A stretch of DNA of 64,000 nucleotides from Candidatus Moraniibacteriota bacterium (GTDB taxonomy: Bacteria > Patescibacteriota > Minisyncoccia > Moranbacterales > UBA1568). This document shows positions 1-9,436 of this stretch, one piece after another (the first letter of the stretch is position 1; each line of letters begins with the position of its first letter). Under the pieces are notes generated by a model. That model worked only from the letters and a program-made list of their open reading frames with translations, was not told the origin of the DNA and ran no database searches. The DNA is taken from NCBI GenBank assembly GCA_016182385.1, contig JACPGV010000002.1, positions 253,190 through 317,189 on the forward strand, read 5' to 3'. Made by a program: the position numbers and the translations under genes.

Positions 1-983
1 TGCGAGGAGCTTTGGCTGTTATTATGGTTCTACTTATTCCCGAAAATCTCTCGTTTCCGATGTGGGAATTTGATTTTACTCCAAAGGAATTTATTACTGC
101 TCTTACCATTGGTTGTATTTATTTCACGCTCTTTGTGAAGGCTATGACCATCGGGCCTCTCATCAAGCGTTTTAAACTTGATGCGCTCACTCCGATAGAG
201 GAGGCTGGTTATCATCAATCACGTTCACTCATTTTTTCTTTTGGTCGTGAGAAGCTTCAAGATTTTTTTGAGAAGCGATATATGAACCAGGCGACACATG
301 AAAAACTAAATACGGTTTTGAATGGTACGTGTGTCGCGGAACGATTGGAATGTGAGAAAATTATTGCCCAAGATTCACACGTTTTTGAAGAGGCTCTTCG
401 GGTGTACGCGATTGGTATCGAAAAACATTTTCTTCATTTGTTGTTTCAGTATAATGAAGTGAGTGAGACAGTGTATAAAAAAATTCTTACAAAATTGGAT
501 GTGCAACTTGATCGCGTGGAGAACAACGCGGTGCAGATTCAGTCTATTGATGAGGTTTTTGAGTTTGACTGGTTTGAGAAAATTGCTCAGAGGGGTAAAC
601 GGTTTTTTTCCGTGACAAAGAAAAAAGAGGAATTGGTAAAGGAACAATACATGTACTATCGTGCCCAAGAGATCATTGCGCGTAAAGTCATCAAAGAGTT
701 CTTAAGATTACAACAGCAACCGTTTTCCGAAACCGCGGCATACCATGCTCTTTTAGAGAAGGTTGTTGCCGCGTATCGCGTATTTTATGAAGATGCTTTG
801 ACACGGAAAGAGTCTTTGGTTTCAGAATACGGGGAGATGCTTGCCAAACTTGATGAAAAATTCGGAAGTGAGAGCTTGCGCAAGGCCTTGGCGGATGGAT
901 TGCAACAACTCACCAGAAAAAACATGTTATCTGGGAAACTCGCTATTTTGCTTCGAGAAGACCTATCATCGGAGCAGATTTAA
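1..983 (+). CDS. C-terminal portion of a putative cation:proton antiporter (NhaP/CPA1-like), 5'-truncated by the window edge
   Basis: The frame is open from the window start. The last hydrophobic helices (…LLIPENLSFPMWEFDFTPKEFITALTIGCIYFTLFVKAMTIGPLIKRFKLD) are followed by a long soluble charged tail. The track ORF begins at a TTG at position 12, so the true start is probably upstream of the window. Confidence 0.3.
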   Translation, partial: RGALAVIMVLLIPENLSFPMWEFDFTPKEFITALTIGCIYFTLFVKAMTIGPLIKRFKLDALTPIEEAGYHQSRSLIFSFGREKLQDFFEKRYMNQATHEKLNTVLNGTCVAERLECEKIIAQDSHVFEEALRVYAIGIEKHFLHLLFQYNEVSETVYKKILTKLDVQLDRVENNAVQIQSIDEVFEFDWFEKIAQRGKRFFSVTKKKEELVKEQYMYYRAQEIIARKVIKEFLRLQQQPFSETAAYHALLEKVVAAYRVFYEDALTRKESLVSEYGEMLAKLDEKFGSESLRKALADGLQQLTRKNMLSGKLAILLREDLSSEQI

Positions 984-1043
984 TCTTTTCTGTAATATAC
1001 GGTATACTGAGAGAGTGTTTTGTTTATCTTTTTCTTTTTGAAC

Positions 1044-1643
1044 ATGTCATTTTTTGGTGTTGATCTCATAACGCTTATTCAGGCGGTTGGATATACGGGG
1101 CTTTTTGCGATTGTTTTTGCTGAGACAGGGTTGTTTTTGGGATTTTTTTTGCCGGGAGATAGCTTGCTTTTTGTGGCTGGTTTTCTTGCCGGACAGAATC
1201 TTTTCTCTTTGCCTGTGCTTATTGGTGGTTTGTGTGTTTCGGCCATACTTGGAAATGTATTGGGGTATGAGTTTGGTCGTCGTATCGGCCCAAAGCTTTT
1301 CAACCGAGAAGATTCTTTTATTTTCAAGAAAGCGCATGCGTTACGGGCACAAAATTTTTATGAAAAACATGGTCCGAAAACCATTGTTTTAGCGCGTTTT
1401 ATGCCTATTGTGCGGACATTTGCACCGATTGTTGCCGGTGTTGCCAATATGCATTACCCGGCTTTTCTTTTGTATAATATTATCGGCGCGATACTTTGGA
1501 CGGTTGGATTGGTGCTTCTCGGTTATTTTCTTGGAAGTGTTATTGATGTTGATCGGTATCTTTTACCGATTATTCTTCTTATCGTTTTTCTTTCTTTTTT
1601 GCCTGGTATTATCGGTTATATCAAAGAAAAACGTTCTCGATGA
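1044..1643 (+). CDS. DedA/VTT-domain (SNARE-associated) family membrane protein
   Basis: Motif GYTGLFAIVFAETGLFLGFFLPGDSLLFVAGFLAG…RFMPIVRTFAPIVAGVANM is typical of DedA/YqjA. The ATG at 1044 (MSFFGVDL) is preferred over the TTG at 1020. Confidence 0.7.
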   Translation: MSFFGVDLITLIQAVGYTGLFAIVFAETGLFLGFFLPGDSLLFVAGFLAGQNLFSLPVLIGGLCVSAILGNVLGYEFGRRIGPKLFNREDSFIFKKAHALRAQNFYEKHGPKTIVLARFMPIVRTFAPIVAGVANMHYPAFLLYNIIGAILWTVGLVLLGYFLGSVIDVDRYLLPIILLIVFLSFLPGIIGYIKEKRSR

Positions 1644-1731
1644 GACGCGATTTCTTGACAGGAGATTTCTTTTTTATTAAGGGGTGCTACAATGGACACC
1701 AAGGGAATCTTCCCTTCTTTTGGAGGTCGTT

Positions 1732-1950
1732 ATGTCTTCCAATACGAGAGTTCTTCTTTCACCTTTTGCATTCCCCTTAGTCGCCGTAGCCCAAGCATCA
1801 TTTTTTTGTGGCTTTTGGCTTCTTTTTTTGGCGGGTGTTCACGAGGAAAAGCAAACGCCTCTTTCGGAAAATGAATCAAAGGATTCTTTTCATGAGGCGA
1901 CCCTTTCCAATCTATTTGATATGCGTGGAAGAAGGATATCACGCGTTTAG
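1732..1950 (+). CDS. small hypothetical protein (72 aa) with hydrophobic N-terminal half
   Basis: An ATG preceded by GGAGG at -7. The ORF is followed by a hairpin plus T-tract. There is no recognisable domain. Confidence 0.3.
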   Translation: MSSNTRVLLSPFAFPLVAVAQASFFCGFWLLFLAGVHEEKQTPLSENESKDSFHEATLSNLFDMRGRRISRV

Positions 1951-1957
1951 AGCCTCC

Positions 1958-1990
1958 CCCCTTATCTTTTCGTGAGATGAGGGGTGATTT
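1958..1990 (+). terminator. hairpin (CCCCTTATC…GATGAGGGG) followed by T7 run; intrinsic terminator-like
   Basis: An imperfect 9-bp stem with a TTTTTTT tract, seen directly in the sequence. Confidence 0.3.
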
Positions 1991-1992
1991 TT

Positions 1993-2793
1993 TTATGCCC
2001 AGCGAAGAAAAAGGAAAATATACACCAAAATCATTACCCAAAAGCTAATGATAAAAAATTTTCGCCCTCGTTTTTTTGTGTTTTCATCGGTACAGATTTC
2101 TTTTGTAGTAAAACCGCAATCCTTGAAAAGAAAAATTGATTCATAGAGTCGCACAATGATAACCCAAGCGAGAAAAAGACTTACGAGCATACCGAGTCCG
2201 GGGAGAAGGGGATTGGCGAGTTCAGCGCTCGGGGTACCGCCTTGCTTGAGCCATTTCATCCAGCCTTGCCATTTCATTACGACGACATGGATAACTGTGA
2301 AGACGATGACGGCTCGTAGACCGAAGCGTTGAAGAAACCACCAGCGTTTTCCGTCCATGAGGTGGATAACTCTTTCGAGTGAAAGAACAAAAAGAAAAAC
2401 AAGGATAAGTGATCCTATAAGACCGGCGAGAAAAGGAATATTTTCAATAGTGAATTTTTCTTGGGGGAATTTTAAGGGAAGAAAGTGGTATGAAAGAATA
2501 CCGTGAGAGAGCGCGAGAAATCCGCCGATAATACCGATTTCTTTGCGATAACCGAGCCATTTATCAAAACGATCAAAATAACGAACAATTGGCCCGATAA
2601 GAAATGTAAGAGCGAGGAGGACGGTGCCGACGCCAATAATCACTTTATTGAAGACAAAAAATGTATCCGCACTTGGTGGGGCATCAAAAAGATATCCGCG
2701 ACGTATCAAAAGATAAGAACTAAAAAGTGTCAGAAGTATGGCGGCTAGAAAAATGGCGATAGCGTAATCTTTGAGACTGGATGGTTTATGCAT
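1993..2793 (-). CDS. polytopic membrane protein, ferric-reductase-like TM domain (MsrQ/YedZ-like) candidate
   Basis: About six TM helices with conserved His residues inside the TM helices (…ALSHGILSYHF…, …FTVIHVVVMKW…). Family assignment rests on the motif only. Confidence 0.35.
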   Translation of the reverse strand: MHKPSSLKDYAIAIFLAAILLTLFSSYLLIRRGYLFDAPPSADTFFVFNKVIIGVGTVLLALTFLIGPIVRYFDRFDKWLGYRKEIGIIGGFLALSHGILSYHFLPLKFPQEKFTIENIPFLAGLIGSLILVFLFVLSLERVIHLMDGKRWWFLQRFGLRAVIVFTVIHVVVMKWQGWMKWLKQGGTPSAELANPLLPGLGMLVSLFLAWVIIVRLYESIFLFKDCGFTTKEICTDENTKKRGRKFFIISFWVMILVYIFLFLRWA

Positions 2794-2801
2794 AAGTGTG
2801 T

Positions 2802-3119
2802 TTAACGAAATTCAAAAAGAATATTAGAGAAATTTTTAATGCGGTTTTGTTTGTCGATGTCGATACCCTCCTTTTTGTAAAGGCGGAGGCGTTCTTTGTG
2901 GTATTTGGCGTTACTCCAGATGCGTCCATTGGCGTAGACAATACGATGAAAAGGAATATCTTTGATGCCGTTTTCCCATGCCTTTCCTAAAATGCCAGTA
3001 ATGCTTCGAGAGGCAAGGGTTCCGCCTCCGGCCGCTTTGGCAATACGTCCATAGGTAGTGACTCGTCCCTTTGGAATTGATCGAGCGATACGTATAACTC
3101 GTTCACTGAAAGTAATCAT
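2802..3119 (-). CDS. MGMT-family DNA-binding domain protein (alkyltransferase-like; active-site Cys replaced by Phe: PFHRIV)
   Basis: …TTYGRIAKAAGGG…ASRSITGILGKAWENGIKDIPFHRIVYANGRIW matches the Ogt/Ada C-terminal domain, but the PCHR motif reads PFHR. Confidence 0.7.
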   Translation of the reverse strand: MITFSERVIRIARSIPKGRVTTYGRIAKAAGGGTLASRSITGILGKAWENGIKDIPFHRIVYANGRIWSNAKYHKERLRLYKKEGIDIDKQNRIKNFSNILFEFR

Positions 3120-3204
3120 ATTTTTTCTTTAGTATAACATTTTTTCGCACAGTTTTGTATTTGTATTAAAAATAAGAGTAATATGGTAAATAAAAAACTC
3201 CTTT

Positions 3205-3236
3205 TTTAAAGGAGGGGTTTTTGTTTAGACCGCAAT
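3205..3236. terminator. A-run / CTCCTTT-TTT-AAAGGAG hairpin / T-run; bidirectional terminator-like
   Basis: Sequence aaaaaaCTCCTTTtttAAAGGAGgggttttt, located downstream of the minus-strand tRNA-Gln. Confidence 0.3.
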
Positions 3237-3498
3237 ACGTTTTTGCGAATTAGGTGTTGGTTCTTTATAAAATCAGTTTTTATTTTTTTGACTTTGTAGT
3301 ACGTAGAAATGGTTTATGATTTTTACGAAACCATGACTAATCACAAAGGTGACTGGCCATGTCTTGAATCACCCTCTAGCCCGGCAAGCCGGTCACCCCA
3401 GACGGGTAAACAGATGTTTTCCCGACATTTTTCCCTTCAATCCCGTCCATCATGGTATAACTAAAAAAGCCCCTGAAGGGACCTTTCGTTTGTATATG

Positions 3499-3570
3499 CT
3501 GGGGAGGAAGGGATCGAACCTTCGTATGGAGGCTTCAAAGGCCCCTGCCTTACCGCTTGGCTACTCCCCA
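3499..3570 (-). tRNA. tRNA-Gln (anticodon UUG)
   Basis: The reverse complement is UGGGGAGUAGCCAAGCGGUAAGGCAGGGGCCUUUGAAGCCUCCAUACGAAGGUUCGAUCCCUUCCUCCCCAG. It has a cloverleaf with a 7-bp acceptor stem, the anticodon loop CUUUGAA and the T-loop UUCGAUC. The U1-A72 pair and GCCAAGCGGUAAGGC D-arm are typical of bacterial tRNA-Gln. CCA is not encoded. Confidence 0.9.
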
Positions 3571-3595
3571 AAATTTTTAGGATCTTGATAAAACG

Positions 3596-5188
3596 TCAAC
3601 TGTTTTCCGGAATTACTCGACCTCCGAGAAGTTCCATCGCTTGATTGACGAGCGGATGAGTAAGAAAGGAATCATTCTTTTTTTCTACTTTCTCGCCATC
3701 AAGGACGATGCGAACAGTTATTTGTGACGTAAGAATGGTATCAAAGGCTTTCTTCAGTGTCAATTGATTGGCTGGTTCTTCGAGGCGTTCTTTATGGAAA
3801 GAATATTTAACGGCAAGAGTAATGGTGTTTCCCTCTACGCGTATCGGGGAGGCTGTTGAAAGAGCGAGCGTGAGTGAGGCATTGAGATTTTTGGCAGTAT
3901 CGAGAATACGTTGCCATTTTTCTAAAATATCGGCAAGGGAGAGAGGGGTAATCTCTTTACTTTCTGTTGTAGAGAGAGTTTTCGTTTCCGGTGAGGATTG
4001 TTCTTTTTGTTCGTACGATGTTTCTGGCGAGGGAGGAATATTTTTTGTTTGTGAGGGAGAGGAAATATCTTGTTTTTTACCTGATGGTGGCGTTTCATGA
4101 TGAGAGGAGAGTGTTTTGACGATGGCTATTTGTAGAGGGAGTTCCGGAATGACGGCATTTTTTGCTGTAGCGTGAGCTGTTTGAAAATATTCGAGCATGC
4201 GGACAATCTCTTCCGGGGAAAAAATGGCGGCGAGCTCAAAAAGAGATGCTTTTTGTTCATCAGTAAGATGGTCAAGCGCGTCGAAAGCTTTTTCGGAGTT
4301 AGCCGATATGAGCAAGAGATCGCGCAAAGAGTAAAGGCACATCCCCGAAAAGAGGGCGAGATCAATACCGTTTTGGGAAAGCTTTGTGACAAAGCTCAGA
4401 CTTGGATAGAGAGCGTGTTTACTTAAGAGATGGAGGAGTTCAAGAACGCTTTCTTTTCTGGTGGTGCCCAGTATCTCGGTAACGTACTCTCCGGTGATTT
4501 TTTTATTTTCTAAGGAGGCAATTTGAGTGAGAAGCGATTCGGCATCACGCATACCGCCTTCGGCTGAAAGGGCAATCATTTCCAAGGCTTCTTTTTCAAT
4601 GGTCATTTTCTCCGCTTTGGCGATTTTTTCAAGTTTCCCCACGATGCTTTTTATGGAAAAACGAGCGAGATCAAATCGCTGACAACGAGAAATAACGGTG
4701 TCGGGTACTTTGTGAAGAGCGGTAGTGGCGAGGATAAAAACAACGTGAGCTGGTGGTTCCTCGAGTGTTTTTAAGAGCGCGTTGAAGGCACCAATAGAAA
4801 GCATATGCACCTCGTCGATGATGTATATTTTATGTGAGCCCAGCGTTGGGGGAAGCGTGACGGTTTCTCTTAGTTCGCGAATATTATCAACACCGGTATG
4901 AGAAGCGGCATCAATTTCGATAATATCAAGAGAGCGGTTTTCGCTCATAAGGACGCAGTGCTCGCACTTTCCGCATGGCTCAAAACCTTTTCGTTTTGAG
5001 CAGTTGATAGCTTTAGCAAAGAGTCGTGCTAAGGTTGTTTTTCCGGTACCGCGGGGACCGGTGAAAAGATAAGCTTGTCCGATACGTCCAAAACGTAAGG
5101 CATTCGTAAGGGTTTGGACAACGTGTTTTTGTTCGACGACATCAGAAAAGGTTTGTGGTCGGTATTTTCTGTAAAGGGTGGTGGACAT
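3596..5188 (-). CDS. dnaX: DNA polymerase III subunit gamma/tau
   Basis: MSTTLYRKYRPQTFSDVVEQKHVVQTLTNALRFGRIGQAYLFTGPRGTGKTTLARLFAKAINC… with the zinc module CGKCEHC. The ATG is at 5188; the upstream in-frame GTG at 5218 is less likely. Confidence 0.9.
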   Translation of the reverse strand: MSTTLYRKYRPQTFSDVVEQKHVVQTLTNALRFGRIGQAYLFTGPRGTGKTTLARLFAKAINCSKRKGFEPCGKCEHCVLMSENRSLDIIEIDAASHTGVDNIRELRETVTLPPTLGSHKIYIIDEVHMLSIGAFNALLKTLEEPPAHVVFILATTALHKVPDTVISRCQRFDLARFSIKSIVGKLEKIAKAEKMTIEKEALEMIALSAEGGMRDAESLLTQIASLENKKITGEYVTEILGTTRKESVLELLHLLSKHALYPSLSFVTKLSQNGIDLALFSGMCLYSLRDLLLISANSEKAFDALDHLTDEQKASLFELAAIFSPEEIVRMLEYFQTAHATAKNAVIPELPLQIAIVKTLSSHHETPPSGKKQDISSPSQTKNIPPSPETSYEQKEQSSPETKTLSTTESKEITPLSLADILEKWQRILDTAKNLNASLTLALSTASPIRVEGNTITLAVKYSFHKERLEEPANQLTLKKAFDTILTSQITVRIVLDGEKVEKKNDSFLTHPLVNQAMELLGGRVIPENS

Positions 5189-5304
5189 AGGGATTTTGGA
5201 AATATCAATGCGGGACACAAGAAAAACAGGAAGGGGTGCTTTTAGTATATATCTTTTTCTTCAACAAAAAAAGTCTCCCGTCGGAGACTTTGTGGCAAAA
5301 AACT

Positions 5305-5910
5305 TTATTTCTTGAAAACAAAAAATTTGTATCCGACAAAGTTCCATGTGAGAACGAGAATGGAGGCGGTGAGTCCGCCAACATTAGCCCAGGCCTTTTC
5401 GGTAATGCCGACTGGAGCACCGATAATATTGACGACAAAAGCCGTAATACCGACATTAAGAAGAAGCCCGGTAAGACTGACAAGGAGAAATTGTGTGAAT
5501 TCTTCTCCAACATTGGCGACATCTTTCTTTTCAAATGACCAAAATTTATTCCATACGTAACTATTGATAATGGCGGTCATAACGGCAAAACTTTTGAAAA
5601 CCGCAATAAGGTACCCGCTTGAAACATCGCTCATGAAAATAAAAAGATTGTAAATACCGAGATCGATGACGGTATTGGTGACACCGACAAGACCGAATTT
5701 GGAAAGTTGAAAGAAAAACGAACGGATTCGTGAAAGGAAATAGCCAAAAGCTACGCCGAGAGCTGATAGAGTGGCGAGAAGAGGTGCAAAAAAAACAACC
5801 GGAACGGGGAGCGTGAGAGTAAGATTAGCGAAAATAAACGGAGCGAGAATACCAATAAATGCTCCATTGATTGCCGCAAATAAGAGATCACGAAGAGAGA
5901 GTTGCTGCAT
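5305..5910 (-). CDS. GtrA-family membrane protein (polysaccharide synthesis-associated)
   Basis: A small four-TM protein with the GtrA-like motif …FGLVGVTNTVIDLGIYNLF… and a C-terminal TWNFVGYKFFVFK. The start at MQQLSLRD (5910) abuts the upstream gene's stop. Confidence 0.55.
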   Translation of the reverse strand: MQQLSLRDLLFAAINGAFIGILAPFIFANLTLTLPVPVVFFAPLLATLSALGVAFGYFLSRIRSFFFQLSKFGLVGVTNTVIDLGIYNLFIFMSDVSSGYLIAVFKSFAVMTAIINSYVWNKFWSFEKKDVANVGEEFTQFLLVSLTGLLLNVGITAFVVNIIGAPVGITEKAWANVGGLTASILVLTWNFVGYKFFVFKK

Positions 5911-5912
5911 GA

Positions 5913-6686
5913 TTATGGTTGTTGTTGATGAGAGATTTCTTTTTCTATTTCTTCCATATCTCGCACCCAATCATCCAAGACGGTGTTTGTATTTTCGTGT
6001 TTATCACTCTGGTGGATGCTTAAGGATTCTTTGGAGACATCTTTGAGTTCTTGTTTCCATTGGTTGATGCTTTCATTTTCTTCGGCGGCTTTAGAAAGCG
6101 TTGTTTGCCAGTCTTGATGAGCGCCTTTTTGGATGATATTCTCAATAGCCGCCCATGTTGCCTCTATATCGTGAGGAACAACGATAGCGACCTCGTCTCC
6201 GGGCACAGCTTTAAAATAGGTAATAGAAGCAAGTAATACTCGGTAAGGCTTGCCATTGGCAATAACGTAATAATTGCCATTTTCGTCTTGCGCGACGACC
6301 GCAATGGCATGCCGTCGTTCGATAGGGCCAATTTGTTTGTAGAGAAAAGCACCATCTTCGGTGATGGTAAGTTTGAGCATATCGCCTTCGACAAGTTTGG
6401 ATTTTGAAGCGTAGTTGGCCGGTACAGGGTATTGTTTTCCATCAGTTCCAAGCATCAACTGACCGTCGAAAGTTCCTTCGACGACAGTTCCTTGGGCGGT
6501 ATCGAGATCCATTTTGCGGGGACGTCCACTCTTCTTTTTTCCTTCAAGTTGCAAGAGCATTGCTTTAGCGCCTTGAATGGTTTTTTCCGCACTCAGTACC
6601 ATTTCGCGCAAGGCCTGAATTTTCATCGTTCGCTCTTGTTCGTTTTGACTGTCCGTTTCTTCTGGAAGTGTATTTTGTGTTGTCAT
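5913..6686 (-). CDS. hypothetical protein (257 aa), acidic termini, GRPRK AT-hook-like motif
   Basis: A clean ATG ORF, apparently co-operonic with the GtrA gene. No recognisable domain. Confidence 0.4.
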   Translation of the reverse strand: MTTQNTLPEETDSQNEQERTMKIQALREMVLSAEKTIQGAKAMLLQLEGKKKSGRPRKMDLDTAQGTVVEGTFDGQLMLGTDGKQYPVPANYASKSKLVEGDMLKLTITEDGAFLYKQIGPIERRHAIAVVAQDENGNYYVIANGKPYRVLLASITYFKAVPGDEVAIVVPHDIEATWAAIENIIQKGAHQDWQTTLSKAAEENESINQWKQELKDVSKESLSIHQSDKHENTNTVLDDWVRDMEEIEKEISHQQQP

Positions 6687-6862
6687 ATTCCTTTATTTTT
6701 ATCGCCAACAAGAAAACCCCCCTGTGGCGAATATTTTTCTTTTGTTTTTCTTTACACTAAAAGTATAAATGATTTTTTTAAGAAGAGCAAACGCATGATA
6801 ACGATGGGAGCGTTGTTTTTTGTCAAGAGGCGATAAACTTGAAGCGACAGATTTGGCACCCT

Positions 6863-6892
6863 TGACAAAAAATAAGAACGTGCGGTAATATT
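6863..6892 (+). promoter_or_regulatory. sigma70-like promoter (TTGACA-18-TAATAT) for the 6939 gene
   Basis: TTGACA at 6863-6868 and TAATAT at 6887-6892. The -35 box lies inside one arm of a 12-bp inverted repeat. Confidence 0.35.
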
Positions 6893-6938
6893 ATTTGACA
6901 GATAGGGAAGGGTTTAAGTATTGATAGGATAAAAAAAT

Positions 6939-8003
6939 ATGTCAAAAGAAGAAAAGGCGTCAATGCGAAAAAACCTTCCAAATAAGGGGTTTTTTGTTTC
7001 GGCTATAGAGGATCTTTTGGGGGATATTTCTCCCCGTTCCTTGGCTATTGTAGAAGCTCGTTTTGGTATTGGGGGAGAGCGACCCAAAACACTTGAAGAA
7101 ATCGGGAAATTTTATCAGATTACGCGTGAGCGAGTACGACAGGTAGTGGTAAGCGTCATGGGGTTTCTTTCTCATCAAAGCACTCGACCGGTATTTGAAG
7201 AGGCTGCTTCACGAGTGCGTGTGTTATTGGAAAAGAACGATGGCATTGTAAAGTCGGAAATACTTCTTGAAACATTGGCGTCCGGTAGCGCCGCTGAACA
7301 CGGTGCGCTGCTTGCGTTCCTGGCAAGTTTTTCTTTTCTTGAGGAAAGCAAAGAAACAAGAGAGTGTGAAACGGTCTTTTTTTTGAAGGGATTTTCTTTT
7401 GATGATTGGAAGAAGGTAAAAAACGAAGCGAAAGAAATTTTGGAATCTGCGGGAACCACCCTTGATGAAAATGTGTTGTATCGTCTTTTTAAAGAGAAAA
7501 ATAAGATGATAGAAAAAGAAAAGTTTTTTCATTTTTTGAGCGTGTCCAAAGAGATTCGGCCGAATGTTTTTGGAAAATGGGGATTGTCAAATTGGAGCGA
7601 TATAAAGCCGCGCGGTACTCGTGAAAAGGCGCACCTTATTTTAAAGATGACCAAGAAACCTTTGCATTTTCGTGAGATTTCATTGCTCATTGATACGTAT
7701 GGTTTGCAGGGCGCGAAGAAGAAAAAGAGCCATCCTCAAACCGTTCATAACGAACTTATTAAAGATGAACGTTTCATTCTCGTCGGGCGAGGTATTTATG
7801 CGCTTGCCGAATGGGGATACACGCGTGGCACTGTCAAAGAAGTTTTGGAAGATATTTTCAAGCATTCTGAGAAACCATTGTCTCGGGAAGAGGTTTTGGT
7901 GGAGATTCTCAAAATTCGTCAAGTAAAAAAGTCGACAGTAATTATCAATCTCAATACATTTTTTCATCGCGTGGATAAAGACATGTATACATTGAAAAAA
8001 TAA
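6939..8003 (+). CDS. sigma-70 region-4-like helix-turn-helix DNA-binding protein
   Basis: The N-terminal region (…LAIVEARFGIGGERPKTLEEIGKFYQITRERVRQVVVSVMGFL) matches sigma70 region 4.2 / LuxR-type HTH. The remainder has no recognisable domain. This architecture is common in CPR genomes. Confidence 0.55.
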   Translation: MSKEEKASMRKNLPNKGFFVSAIEDLLGDISPRSLAIVEARFGIGGERPKTLEEIGKFYQITRERVRQVVVSVMGFLSHQSTRPVFEEAASRVRVLLEKNDGIVKSEILLETLASGSAAEHGALLAFLASFSFLEESKETRECETVFFLKGFSFDDWKKVKNEAKEILESAGTTLDENVLYRLFKEKNKMIEKEKFFHFLSVSKEIRPNVFGKWGLSNWSDIKPRGTREKAHLILKMTKKPLHFREISLLIDTYGLQGAKKKKSHPQTVHNELIKDERFILVGRGIYALAEWGYTRGTVKEVLEDIFKHSEKPLSREEVLVEILKIRQVKKSTVIINLNTFFHRVDKDMYTLKK

Positions 8004-8128
8004 TTTTCAATATGCGGTAGAAAAAAAATGGATTGTACGTTATAATGAAATCAAGAAAATAACCTGTTCGATTTTGAAAGAGGTTTTACCAATCATATCA
8101 AAACACGGGTCAACGCACCCCTACTCCG

Positions 8129-9430
8129 ATGGACACTCTTTTTGCCCCTTTGGGAGATTTCTTTTCAGCTATGGGATCTATGTTCTCAGTCGTTTTGAGC
8201 GTGTGGTTTATTCTTTTTCCACCGATTCTTTTTTTTGTTTTTAAGGTGTTGTGGGTGCCTTACGTGCAGGGGAGATATGCGTCAAAAATCAAATGGATAC
8301 TTCTCGAAATTATTCCGCCACGAGACATTGAGAAGAGTCCATTGCCCATGGAATCTATTTTTTCTGGTTTTGCTGGCGTCATAAAAACTCCCACCACTGC
8401 TGAAGAATGGATCGGGGGAGAGTTTCCCGTATCTTTTTCTTTGGAGATAGCCAGTCATGAAGGTGAAGTGCATTTTTATATTCGTACGCAGGCCGGTTTT
8501 CGAGATCTTGTGGAAGCGCAATTTTATGCGCATTACCCCAATGTCGAGATCGTGGAAGTGCCGGATTATATTACTCGGTTGCCCAAAACCATTCCTAATA
8601 AAGGTTGGGAGTTATGGGGGGCCGATTTGGCTTTGACGAAGGACGACCTTTATCCCATCAAAACATATAAATATTTCGAGGAGAGTGTCACCGGAAAGAT
8701 GATTGATCCATTGGCGAGTCTTGTAGAAACTATGGGCAAAGCTGGTCCCGGGCAATTCATGTGGCTTCAGATGATTACGACGCCTATAAAAGAATCTTGG
8801 GCCAAAGAACATGGTCAGCCGGTCGTTGATACTTTTTTAGGAAGAGTCAAAGAGGAAAAAATGGGTATTTTTGCCCGACTTCTTTTGGATATCAAGGATA
8901 TTCTTTTGAATTTGCATACGGCTCTTCTGGGTAAAGAGGTGGTGTACAGTACCGGTGCCAGCGATGAGAAAAAAGATGAACAGCCGGTGGAGTTTCGTTT
9001 GACTCCTGGAGAAAAGGATGTCTTGAAGGCTCTGCAGTCGCAAATGGGAAAACAACAATTCAAGATGCGCATGCGCTATGTCTATACAGCACGGCGGGAT
9101 ATTTTCAGTAAAACATTCGGTGTAGCGGCTTTCATGGGGAGTATGAAACAGTTTGCTGATCAGAATATGAATGGGTTTAAGCCCGAAGATCATTCCAAAA
9201 CGGACGCAAAATATATATTTGTCGAACCGCGTTTGCGTTTTCGCCAACGGCGTATTTTCAATCGTTATATCAATCGAGATGCTGATCCGCAGAAAACACG
9301 TTTTATTCTGAGTTCTGAAGAACTGGCGACGGTGTTTCATATTCCCGATATGGCTGTCAGTACGCCGACACTTTCGCGAGTCTCCGCTAAACGAGGTTCC
9401 GCGCCTGCTAATTTACCTATACAAGAATAG
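8129..9430 (+). CDS. hypothetical membrane-anchored protein (N-terminal 2 TM), co-operonic partner of the VirD4-like ATPase
   Basis: An N-terminal hydrophobic region (FSVVLSVWFILFPPILFFVFKVLWV) followed by a large soluble domain. Its stop is 7 nt before the next gene's ATG. Confidence 0.45.
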   Translation: MDTLFAPLGDFFSAMGSMFSVVLSVWFILFPPILFFVFKVLWVPYVQGRYASKIKWILLEIIPPRDIEKSPLPMESIFSGFAGVIKTPTTAEEWIGGEFPVSFSLEIASHEGEVHFYIRTQAGFRDLVEAQFYAHYPNVEIVEVPDYITRLPKTIPNKGWELWGADLALTKDDLYPIKTYKYFEESVTGKMIDPLASLVETMGKAGPGQFMWLQMITTPIKESWAKEHGQPVVDTFLGRVKEEKMGIFARLLLDIKDILLNLHTALLGKEVVYSTGASDEKKDEQPVEFRLTPGEKDVLKALQSQMGKQQFKMRMRYVYTARRDIFSKTFGVAAFMGSMKQFADQNMNGFKPEDHSKTDAKYIFVEPRLRFRQRRIFNRYINRDADPQKTRFILSSEELATVFHIPDMAVSTPTLSRVSAKRGSAPANLPIQE

Positions 9431-9436
9431 TGTTTT

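Noticed and set aside
3120-3600. Possible additional tRNAs or rRNA in intergenic regions
   Set aside because: Only one cloverleaf (tRNA-Gln) could be folded. No other T-loop-plus-acceptor combinations and no rRNA-like conserved blocks were found by eye.
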